Source of the DNA: Rhynchopus sp. YZ270_cl-10
Taxonomy: Eukaryota
NCBI GenBank assembly: GCA_964035575.1
Contig: OZ037835.1
Span: 372,001 to 436,000 of the forward strand
Direction of reading: 5' to 3'
Length of the DNA: 64,000 nt
Shown here: piece by piece, positions 35,512 to 45,663 of the stretch
Layout of the letters: each line of letters opens with the position of its first letter
Position numbering within the stretch: position 1 is the stretch's first letter
Position numbers and translations under genes: made by a program
Notes under the pieces: model-generated
Told to the model about the DNA's origin: nothing
What the model saw: the letters and a program-made list of their open reading frames with translations, nothing else
The model's database searches: none

Positions 35512-36478
35512 ATTTGTCCTCATAAAAAAACCCCCCCCGAGGCATTCACGGCCTACGTTAACGCGTAACCAATTAGCACAGATGAAAACCCCATCTACCT
35601 CACGCCTCTCACAGTGTACAGGGCACTCACCTCCAAACTTTAAGTACGCCTCAGGCACGCCTGAGTATATATCAAGGCATACTTGCGTTTCAGGCGCCTG
35701 GTGTGGATTTTTCCCCCGCGAAAAGGACCTCTGATGCATTTCCGGAGTGATCTGAAAAAATTCAGGGGTCGGACAATTTTTTAGCTAAAAATGCACGTCT
35801 TTAAGTTTGTACCAAAATCAGGGGAAAGTCCTAAGGCATGCCATGTATTTCCCCCGCCCAGAAATGTGCTGAAATCAACCTTCGGTTGTCCTGCTGAGAA
35901 AATTGCGGGGTCGCAAGATATTTTTAGTGGAAAAATATTATGGTTACTGCTTACAGTAAACTGCCTCCTAAACAGAGGCTTCGCAGAAGATGAGTCATGC
36001 CTCGGGTATGTATAAAAAAGGCCTTTGGTCACCCCATAGTTGTACTTAAAATAGAGCTGTGGTCTGTGGATGAAGGAGGCCCTATAAATCATGAAATAGA
36101 AACTTAACACTCATCACACGATAAAACCCATGGGAGAGGTTGTGGTGAAACGCACACACCTCGACCTGTTTGGTGAGAAGTGGCTTTGCAGCGCGGTTCG
36201 TCCCTAGAACCGCGAGTGTGTTCAAAATGCTTTGTTTCTATTTCCTCCTTCATTTCATGAGGTGACAATACAAAAACCCACCAAATATTTTCCCCGACCC
36301 CAAATCCTCCCCGATAATACCCCACCAACGTTTGGTGGACGACTGTAGCAGCTTTAATGAGGCTACCGCTCTGTACACAGCCTGGCACACCACTGCTCCA
36401 TCCGGTAAGCAAGCTAGGCAAGGAACGTAGAGCAGCAGAGCTGCTCTACGTTCCTTGCATAGCTTCTCCTGTCGCTCT

Positions 36479-37477
36479 TTACGAAACACTGCAGCAAGTC
36501 GGAGGTTCGTCAACCACATACTTGTTCAGCTTGCTTTCACGTACTCGACTGGACACAGCACTGCTGCAGCCGCCAAGGTGGATGCTCCTCAACGAAGTGT
36601 AGCCGATAGCAGGAAGAAGCTTACCAAAGTGCGTAACTCTGCTGAGTGGTGATAGGTCTAGTTCTGTGAGGCTGGTGCAGCCGGCAAGAAAACTGTCTTT
36701 AATGTGTGTAACGTTGCAAAGTGGAGATAAGTCCACTACTTTGAGGCTCCTGCATAAGTAAAGAAAGAGGCCATCAATTTGAGTAACATTGCAAAGTGGT
36801 GATAAGTCCACTGCTGTGAGGCTGGTGCAGAAGGCAAGAAACCAGCCATTAATGTGTGTAACATTGCTGAGTGGAGATAAGTCTAGTTCTGTGAGGCACC
36901 TGCAGTTGAAAAGAAAGCGGTCATTAAATTGTTTAACATTGCGAAGTGGTGATAAGTCCACTGTTGTGACGCTCATGCATTCGGAAAGAAAGCTCTCGCC
37001 AATCCGGGTGAGACGTGTCAACCCAGACAGGTCGAGGCTTGTTAACGTTGTGCAACCGTAAAGAAACGCATCGCCAATTTCCGTCACACACGACACAGCA
37101 CTCAGATCAAGTGCTGTTAACGATGTGCGCGCCAGGAACCTATTCGGAATGACAGTCGTGACCTCCGCCTGCAGAAGCAAACACGCAACCTCAGCATCCT
37201 CCACAGTCGCCAGTCTCTCCGCTGTGATGTCCTCACCCAACGCATGAAGTGCTGCTCTGGCCACGAACTTCTTACTTTTCGTCAGGATGATTGTGTCTCC
37301 AGCACTCAGCTGCGTGATGTCGTCTCCTTCGTCCTTCCCTCCGAAGCCCATGTGGAAGCTGTCCTCAGCCAACCCCACTGCAGACGTCACCTTCTGCCGC
37401 ATCGTCTCCGTTGTGTCATCCACACCCACCTCGATCACATACGAGTTGTCTGCACAGTCCTTGATAACTACTTCCAT
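36479..37477 (-). CDS. UBL-LRR protein copy 7 (332 aa; ~7 LRRs; CCSVS)
   Basis: Intact ORF with the same architecture. Confidence 0.9.
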   Translation of the reverse strand: MEVVIKDCADNSYVIEVGVDDTTETMRQKVTSAVGLAEDSFHMGFGGKDEGDDITQLSAGDTIILTKSKKFVARAALHALGEDITAERLATVEDAEVACLLLQAEVTTVIPNRFLARTSLTALDLSAVSCVTEIGDAFLYGCTTLTSLDLSGLTRLTRIGESFLSECMSVTTVDLSPLRNVKQFNDRFLFNCRCLTELDLSPLSNVTHINGWFLAFCTSLTAVDLSPLCNVTQIDGLFLYLCRSLKVVDLSPLCNVTHIKDSFLAGCTSLTELDLSPLSRVTHFGKLLPAIGYTSLRSIHLGGCSSAVSSRVRESKLNKYVVDEPPTCCSVS

Positions 37478-38711
37478 TTTGTCTTCTATTCTTTGTGTTG
37501 CTCTGTTGTGTGGTGGGGTTGTGGGAGTTGGGGCTGTGGTGGGTGAATATGGTCAAAGAAAAACAACACCTCACCAAAGCCGCTTCCAACGACAACACCA
37601 TTAAAAAATGTTATTCACACAAATTGCAAAAAGGGGGGAAGAGTTCAAACAAGTCTTTGTATAATATGGCTATTATTATCAATACAGTATTTCCACATTT
37701 AACACGTTTTTGTATCCCTTAGTATCAACTAACATGAATAGAAGTTGGCCCACGTACTACCACGTTAGCAGCGCCTGCATGATAAACCACGCTGGTAGGT
37801 AACAGGAGAGGAACAGAGAGCACAGTTGCTGGGGTGGTGAAACGCACACACCTCGACCTGTCGGTGAAATGTGGCTCTACTCCAACCCACCCCGGATTAG
37901 AAAAATGGAAAAAGCATGGGAGTAGGGTGCGGTGTTCAGTTTCCTTTTAGCATTGCATGTAATCATAAAATTGAAACCGCACCCTACTTTTCCTTTTTAT
38001 GTTTTACCCCCACCCCCACAAACAATAAAGACAAAAGAGAGAGGATGTGGCGAAACGCACACACCCAAAAACAAGATCGCTATCTTGGCCACCTCAGCTT
38101 TGCTGATGATTTCATACCCCCTCCCCTTTCTTCAACCGTTACGGTGGACTCCCCACCAGCGCGGCCTTTCCCCTTAGGCGTGCACGACCGAGCTTTCGGT
38201 CCCTGCCGATATTTCGGCACTGTCAGTGACCCACACAAAACCACGCAACTCACACCCGTGTATGTGTCCCGTCCACATCGCTCACACACGAGCAAACTCC
38301 ACAGACTTTTCGGTGCACGTGTTCTTACCCCTGTTTCAATCACTCGCGGATCGACTACAAAATAATAAAAACCCCCTTTCATCTTTCGTTTAGTTGGTAC
38401 GCTACCCACGTCATACGCCTGAAGTACAGAAATGAGGTGAGTGCACAATAATAGGGGAAGGGAATAAACGACAAGTCTCAGATGTTTCAATCATTTCCCA
38501 CCACAAAGTATTTGTCCTCATAAAAAAACCCCCCCACCCCGAGGCATTCATGGCCTACGTTAACGCGTAACCAATTAGCACAGATGAAAACCCCATCTAC
38601 CTCACTGCCTCGCAGACAGTGTACAGGGCACTTGGCCTACCTGAGAGAGTTGCGCAGCTGAGTGAAGCAGCTGTCACAGCGGAGCTGCTGCCTAGCTTCT
38701 CCTGTCGCTCT

Positions 38712-40376
38712 TTACGAAACACTGCAGCAATGTACGGCTTCCTTCGTCTTGTCGTTGCCATGTGTCGGAGGTGCGTCAACCACATACTTCTTCAGCTCGC
38801 CTTCGCGTACTCGACTGGACACAGCACTGCTGCAGCCGGCAAGGTGGATGCTCCTCAACGAAGTGTAGCTGTAAGCACGAATCTTTCCCAAATGCGTAAC
38901 TCTGCGGAGTGGTGATAGGTCGAGTTCTGTGAGGCTGCTGCAGTCGGTGAGAAAGTATATACCAATGTGAGTAACATTGCTGAGTGGTGATAAGTCCACT
39001 ACATTCAAGACTTTGCAGTGGGCAAGAAACCAGTCAGCAATGTGTGTAACATTGCTGAGTTGAGATAAGTCTACTGACGTGAGGCCGCTGCAGAAGGCAA
39101 GAAAACCGTCTTTAATGTGAGTCACATTGCGAAGTGGTGATAAGTCTACTGATGTGAGGCTACTGCAGTTGTAATGAAAGTGGTAATCAATGTGTGTAAC
39201 ATTGCGAAGTGGTGATAAGTCCACTGCTGTGAGGCTGGTGCAGCCGGAAAGAAAGCTGTAACCAATCCGGGTGAGACGTGTCAACCCAGACAGGTCGAGG
39301 CTTGTTAACGTTGTGCACCCGTCAAGAAACGCATCGCCGATTTCCGTCACACAGCACACAGCACTCAGATCAAGTGCTGTTAACGCCGTCTGTGCCAATG
39401 GTGAGCGCGCCAGGAACCTATTCGGAATGACAGTCGCAACCTCCGCCTGCAGAAGCAAACACGCCACCTCAGCATCCTCCACAGTCTTCAGCCTCTCTGC
39501 TCTAAACGTTTTTAAAAATAGGATGGAACACCCCGTTCCGAAGAGGAATGCAGCCACCCCGAAAAAGTGGGGGGTGTGTCGCCAGTCTGCGGTGAGAAAC
39601 TCCTCCCTGAGTCAAAACTGCCGCTGGTTAGCGCTGGCTAAGGTTCCCTTTTCACCCGGTCACAATCGAGTCTCGCTCCGTCGGCGTTGACTGCACTGCA
39701 AAGCCCCTTGGTCCACCGTCGTAAAAAGACACCACAAAAAGCGTAGGTAGGTGGGGGACCGGCAGGTTACAGACAGAGGCAGTACGGAGCTAAGGTGTCG
39801 GCGGTCGCGGGTTTCCGTGGAGGCCTGCCCCCCGTGGAGGTCTTGGGATCTGGGAGTTGTGGAAGTAATCGGCTCAGAGTACCCTGCTTTCCATGCACGA
39901 CTCGAGCTCCTTGTGGTAGGATATTGGGGTCCCGGGAAGCACCCTTCGCCCCGAGGTCCCACCACCCCAGACAGTTTGTAGGTCTAAAAGCACAACGTAC
40001 TTGTCCAGGACCTGGCCGCTCTTGGGTTCTCTCAAAAAAAGATACTAATCCCGTACGCCCGTGCACCGCAAAAATGTGCTATGGGGGGCGGTCCGCCGTC
40101 GGGAGTCTTCAGCCTCTCTGCTGTGATGTCCTCACCCAACGCATGAAGTGCTGCTCTGGCCACGAACTTCTTACTTTTCTTCAGGATGATTGTGTCTCCA
40201 GCACTCAGCTGCGTGATGTCGTCTCCTTCCTCCTTCCCTCCGAAGCCCATGTGGAAGCTGTCCTCAGCCAACCCCACTGCAGACGCCACCTTCTGCCGCA
40301 TCGTCTCCGTTGTGTCATCCACACCCACCTCGATCACATACGAGTTGTCTGCACAGTCCTTGATAACTACTTCCAT
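38712..40376 (-). pseudogene. UBL-LRR gene copy 8, split by the 602-bp element (CCSVS tail)
   Basis: UBL part at 40104-40376 and LRR part at 38712-39501. Confidence 0.88.
39502..40103 (-). mobile_element. 602-bp non-coding insertion, copy B, 19-bp TSD
   Basis: agtcttcagcctctctgct occurs at 39483-39501 and 40104-40122. The body is nearly identical to 4400-5001. Confidence 0.9.
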
Positions 40377-40868
40377 TTTGTCTTCTATTCTTTGTGTTGC
40401 TCTGTTGTGTGGTGGGGTTGTGGGAGTTGGGGCTGTGGTGGGTGAACATGGTCAAAGAAAAACAACACCTCACCAAAGCCGCTTCCTTTGTAGGTAGCCG
40501 TACACATTGAGGTATCATGGAGAGCTTGGAAGGAGAGCAGTGACAGCTTTTTGATAAATATTAGCGAAAGACAAAGAAGGGGAGGAAGCATATTTTTGAA
40601 TGAAAGTGATTACGTTTTGGGTACGGGGCGGGGAATAATATCTGTACGATAAAAAGATACGCGAGATTATTGTTTTATCTTGTTCATTCTACCTTTCTGC
40701 GAAGTGAATCGCGAGGTTCTGTCTCTTATTCTCTGTTTCTTTCGTAATCCGACATAAGACGCAGTTAGTAGTGAGCGTAGCGAGATAGGATTGCTACGTC
40801 TCGGGAGGTCTAGAGGTATAAAGTGAGGTTGATAGTGCAAACGCCTCTGGGACGCAGACACTCATATA

Positions 40869-41000
40869 CCGTATTCGTAAATATGTTCGACCGTACTAAT
40901 GTTCGACCGTAAATATGTTCGACCGTAATAAAGTTCGTCATTTTCCGGATTTTTCTGGAAGTTCGACACTTTTTACGGTCGAACATATTTACGAATACGG
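40869..41000. mobile_element. 132-bp MITE, TA TSD (Tc1/mariner-pogo-like ends)
   Basis: TIR ccgtattcgtaaatatgttcgaccgta. The empty site is in the paralogous spacer (actcatataaatgaatc at about 43451-43467). Confidence 0.92.
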
Positions 41001-41357
41001 TAAATGAATCTCTTTTCTCTCAATTGTGAACAAAAATGACAAAAACATTCTTCACAACGCCAATAGGGGGAAACGCCATTCTTCACAACGCAACTCTGTT
41101 CGCTAGACCTCCCGCTCTTGTCTCTCTTGTCTCTAATGAACACACACAGAGGGGCGGGGGGGAACAAATAGCACCTCAGGGTCCCTGACAGTCACAGACG
41201 TGATGTATCTGAGACAGTCACACTGAGTATCTTCATCAGGAACCGAATGCAAAATAATAGATCCTTCTAAAAGAAGAGATTCTTCGTGACCTCACAGAAC
41301 AACACAATTGTCATGTCAACTCGATGTGGGGACGGGTGAATAATGCATGTGCCGTTA

Positions 41358-41459
41358 CCGTATTTTATTGGACCTACTTTATATGGACCGAAAAATTGCT
41401 GGACTCTTTGGGAGAAAATCGGGAAGTTGGACTAATATTACTGTCCATATATAATACGG
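41358..41459. mobile_element. Degenerate ~100-bp MITE with CCGTA ends
   Basis: ccgtattttattggac / gtccatatataatacgg. TA is present on the left side only. Confidence 0.55.
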
Positions 41460-41622
41460 TTAGGGTAATTACACAACGAAAAAGCAACTGTGTTTTCTGA
41501 GTGCCTCACTGACTCTCATTCAGATACTGTCTTCTAAGACTCACACAGACGTCGCAGCTGAGTGAAGCAGCTGTCACAGCGGAGCTGCTCTACGTTCTTT
41601 GCCTAGCTTCTCCTGTCGCTCT

Positions 41623-42966
41623 TTACGAAACACTGCAGCAATGTACGGCTTCTTTCGTCTTGCCTCTGCCACGTGTCGGAGGTGCGTCAACCACATACTT
41701 CTTCAGCTCGCCTTCACGTACTCGACTGGACACAGCACTGCTGCAGCCGGCAAGGTGGATGCTCCTCAACGAAGTGTAGCTGTTAGCAGGAAGCTCACCA
41801 AAGTGCGTAACTCTGCTGAGTGGTGATAAATCTAGTTCTGTGAGGCTTATGCAGTCGGAAAGTAAGTTTGTACCTATTTTAGTAACATTGCGAAGTGGTG
41901 ATAAGTCTACTGTTGTGAGGCTGCTGCAGTGGGCAAGAAACTGGTCATCAATTTGTGTCACCTCGCTGAGTGGTGTTAAGTCCACTGTTGTGAGGCTGTT
42001 GCAGTTGTGAAGAAAGCTTGTGCCAATGTGAGTAACATTGCAAAGTGGTGATAAGTCCACTGCTGTGAGGCTGGTGCAGAAGGCAAGAAACCGCTCATTA
42101 ATGTGAGTAACATTGCTGAGTGGCGATAAGTCAACTGTTGTGAGGCTGCTGCAGTGGGCAAGAAAGCGGCCATCAATTTGTGTAACATTGCGAAGTGGTG
42201 ATAAGTCTACTGATGTGAGGCTGGTGCAGAAGGCAAGAAACCAGCCATTAATTTGTGCCACATTGCTGAGTGGAGATAAATCTAGTTCTGTGAGGCTGCT
42301 GCAGTTGCAAAGAAAGCTGGTACTAATGTGAGTAACATTGCGAAGTGGTGATAAGCCCACTGCTGTGAGGCTGGTGCAGCAGGCAAGAAACCGCCCATTA
42401 ATGTGAGTAACATTGCGAAGTGGTGATAAGTCTACTGCTGTGAGGCTGGTGCAGTCGGAAAGAAAGCTGTTACCAATCCGGGTGAGACGTGTCAACCCAG
42501 ACAGGTCGAGGCTTGTTAACGTTGTGCACCCATGAAGAAACTCATCGCCGATTTCCGTCACACACGACACAGCACTCAGATCAAGTGCTGTTAACGCCGT
42601 CTGTGACAATGGTGTGCGCGCCAGGAACCTATTCGGAATGACAGTCGCAACCTCCGCCTGCAGAAGCAAACACGCAACCTCAGCATCCTCCACAGTCTTC
42701 AGCCGCTCCGCTGTGATGTCCTCACCCAACGCATGAAGTGCTGCTCTGGCCACGAACTTCTTAGTTTTCGTCAGGATGATTGTGTCTCCAGCACTCAGCT
42801 GCGTGATGTCGTCTCCTTCCTCCTTCCCTCCGAAGCCCATGTGGAAGCTGTCCTCAGCCAACCCCACTGCAGACGCCACCTTCTGCCGCATCGTCTCCGT
42901 TGTGTCATCCACACCCACCTCGATCACATACGAGTTGTCTGCACAGTCCTTGATAACTACTTCCAT
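41623..42966 (-). CDS. UBL-LRR protein copy 9 (447 aa; ~11 LRRs; CCSVS)
   Basis: Intact ORF with the same architecture. Confidence 0.9.
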   Translation of the reverse strand: MEVVIKDCADNSYVIEVGVDDTTETMRQKVASAVGLAEDSFHMGFGGKEEGDDITQLSAGDTIILTKTKKFVARAALHALGEDITAERLKTVEDAEVACLLLQAEVATVIPNRFLARTPLSQTALTALDLSAVSCVTEIGDEFLHGCTTLTSLDLSGLTRLTRIGNSFLSDCTSLTAVDLSPLRNVTHINGRFLACCTSLTAVGLSPLRNVTHISTSFLCNCSSLTELDLSPLSNVAQINGWFLAFCTSLTSVDLSPLRNVTQIDGRFLAHCSSLTTVDLSPLSNVTHINERFLAFCTSLTAVDLSPLCNVTHIGTSFLHNCNSLTTVDLTPLSEVTQIDDQFLAHCSSLTTVDLSPLRNVTKIGTNLLSDCISLTELDLSPLSRVTHFGELPANSYTSLRSIHLAGCSSAVSSRVREGELKKYVVDAPPTRGRGKTKEAVHCCSVS

Positions 42967-43810
42967 TTTGTCTTCTATTCTTTGTGTTGCTCTGTTGTGT
43001 GGTGGGGTTGTGGGAGTTGGGGCTGTGGTGGGTGAACATGGTCAAAGAAAAACAACACCTCACCAAAGCCGCTTCCTTTGTAGGTAGCCGTACACATTGA
43101 GGTATCATGGAGAGCTTGGAAGGAGAGCAGTGACAGCTTTTTGATAAATATTAGCGAAAGACAAAGAAGGGGAGGAAGCATATTTTTGAATGAAAGTGAT
43201 TACGTTTTGGGTACGGGGCGGGGAATAATATCTGTACGATAAAAAGATACGCGAGATTATTGTTTTATCTTGTTCATTCTACCTTTCTGCGAAGTGAATC
43301 GCGAGGTTCGTGTCTCTTATTCTCTGTTTCTTTCGTAATCCGACATAAGACGCAGTTAGCAGTGAGCGTAGCGAGATAGGACTGCTACGTCTCGGGAGGT
43401 CTAGAGGTATAAAGTGAGGTTGATAGTGCAAACGCCTCTGGGACGCAGGCACTCATATAAATGAATCTCTTTTCTCTCAATTGTGAACAAAAATGACAAA
43501 AACATTCTTCACAACGCCAATAGGGGGAAACGCCATTCTTCACAACGCAACTCTGTACTCTAGACCTCCCGCTCTATTCTCTCTTGTCTCTAATGAACAC
43601 ACACAGAGGGGCGGGGGGAACAAATAGCACCTCAGGGTCCCTGACAGTCACAGACGTGATGTATATGAGACAGTCACACTGAGTATCTTCATCAGGAACC
43701 GAACGCAAAATAATAGATCCTTCTAAAAGAAGAGATTCTTCGTGACCTCACAGAACAACACAATTGTCATGTCAACTCGATGTGGGGACGGGTGATACAC
43801 CATAATACAC

Positions 43811-44656
43811 CTAAGACGAATCTGTCGTAGGCACACAGGTGTCAACCACAAGACGCTTCAGCTTGCCTGCGAGTACTCGACTGGACACAGCACTGCTGCA
43901 GCCGGCAAGGTGGATGCTCCTCAACGAAGTGCAGTTTCCAGCAGGTAGCTCACCCATGTGCGTGACTCTGCTGAGTGGTGACAGGTCCAGCACTGTGAGG
44001 TTGCTGCAGAAGGCAAGAAAGAAAGCGCCTATTTCGGTAACATTGCTGAGTGGTGTCAGATCGACGACTGTGAGGCTCCTGCAGTTGTTGAGAAAGCCGT
44101 AGCCAATGCGCGAAATCCTGCTGAGTGGTGGCCACACTACTGCTGTGAGGCTGCTGCAGTCGGAAAGAAGTCTGTTGCCAATGCGCGTGAGATTGCACAA
44201 CCCAGAAAGGTCGACGCTGGTCAACGCTGTGCACCCGTGAAGGAAATCATCAGAAATTCCCGTCACACACGACACATCACTCAGATCAAGTCTCGTTATC
44301 GATGAACGCGACAAGAATCCTTTCGGAATGACAGTCGTGACCTCCGCCTGCAGAAGCAAACACGCAACCTCAGGATCCTCCACAGTCTCCAGCCTCTCTG
44401 CTGTGATGTCCTCACCCAACGCATGAAGTGCTGCTATGGCTTCAAATTTCTTAGTTTTCGTCAGGATGATTGTGTCTCCAGCACTCAGCTGCGTGATGTC
44501 GTCTCCTTCGTCCTTCCCTCCGAAGCCCATGTGGAAGCTGTCCTCAGCCAACCCCACTGCAAACGCCACCTTCTTACGCAAGTCCTCCGTTGTGTCATCC
44601 ACACCCACCTCGATCACAGACGAGTTGTCTGCACAGTCCTTGATAACTACTTCCAT
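43811..44656 (-). CDS. UBL-LRR protein copy 10 (281 aa; ~5 LRRs)
   Basis: Intact ORF. The tail KRLVVDTCVPTTDSS lacks both the CaaX and NLS motifs. Confidence 0.9.
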   Translation of the reverse strand: MEVVIKDCADNSSVIEVGVDDTTEDLRKKVAFAVGLAEDSFHMGFGGKDEGDDITQLSAGDTIILTKTKKFEAIAALHALGEDITAERLETVEDPEVACLLLQAEVTTVIPKGFLSRSSITRLDLSDVSCVTGISDDFLHGCTALTSVDLSGLCNLTRIGNRLLSDCSSLTAVVWPPLSRISRIGYGFLNNCRSLTVVDLTPLSNVTEIGAFFLAFCSNLTVLDLSPLSRVTHMGELPAGNCTSLRSIHLAGCSSAVSSRVLAGKLKRLVVDTCVPTTDSS

Positions 44657-45094
44657 TTTGTCTTCTATTCTTTGTGTTGCTCTGTTGTGTGGTGGGGTTG
44701 TGGGAGTTGGGTCTGTGGTGGGTGAACATGGTGAAATAAAAACAACACCTCACCAAAGCCGCTTCCAGTTGGGGAAACACAAGATGGCAGCCGTTGTTGC
44801 TGCCGCGACTCACCACCAAGAGGGAGATGCTGCTCACTGTCACAATGCCAAAATCGTACTGGAGGTAAAAAATCGCGTATCCTTTTTTAAAACACCAAAA
44901 AGACCCAAAAAATTGCGAAAACCCCTCCTGAAGTACGAGGGAAGAGGTGGAGCAAAAGGGAAGGGAGACGACATCAGAAGAATGCGTCTTTTGTTCACAC
45001 ACAGAGGTGTTTGCATACTCGTCCACAAAATCAAATTTAACAAATTAGCTAATTCGCACCATTGTGGGAAGACTGGACACCCACATCTGGAATC

Positions 45095-45663
45095 TCAAAT
45101 AGTCTCAATGCAGTCCTTTCTACAGCCTTTCACACCTGTGCACTCTGACAACGTATCGTGACACTTACCTGTTAAGGTTGTTTTTTGACACTCTATTCGC
45201 TCACGCAATGGTCGTGCCAAGGCTACACTCAGAAGCCCGCCCTTGACTGTTGAGGGATGTACGTTCAAAGGGCTCCGTTCACAAGGACAGCCCTGTGCAG
45301 CCTCTTCAACCGCTGCTGCAGACGCATCGCCCTTCAGGTACTTCCGTACTGTTGTGTTGTAGTTATCCCACTCACTGCTCTTCCCGATCTGGTACATCCA
45401 TTCTTCAGCAGGGTGGCCAGAAGCGGCGATGTTAAGCAGAAGCTCGGCAGCCACTTCAGGTGTGTCAGAGGTTGCAGACACTTCCACCCTGCATGGAATC
45501 AGGCGCATCTCGTGTTCGCACTCGGCTTCGGTAAAGCAAAGGCGGTTGCAGAGCACATCGCAGCCAAGGATCATAGTACTTAGGATGCGTCCTGCACGTT
45601 CCATCCCATGCACGTCACGCACAAGTGTGCCCACCATGCTGAAGCGGCGCATCACTTCACACC
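45095..45663 (-). pseudogene. 3' part of an unknown gene truncated by the hAT transposon
   Basis: A GC-rich open frame (VMRRFSMVGTLVRDVHG...) runs directly into the hAT left TIR, and no continuation is visible beyond the element. Confidence 0.45.

Noticed and set aside
35640..36049. Possible TTAA-flanked element (ttaagtac...gtacttaa)
   Set aside because: The inverted match is only about 8-9 bp and the paralogous spacer does not give a clean empty site.
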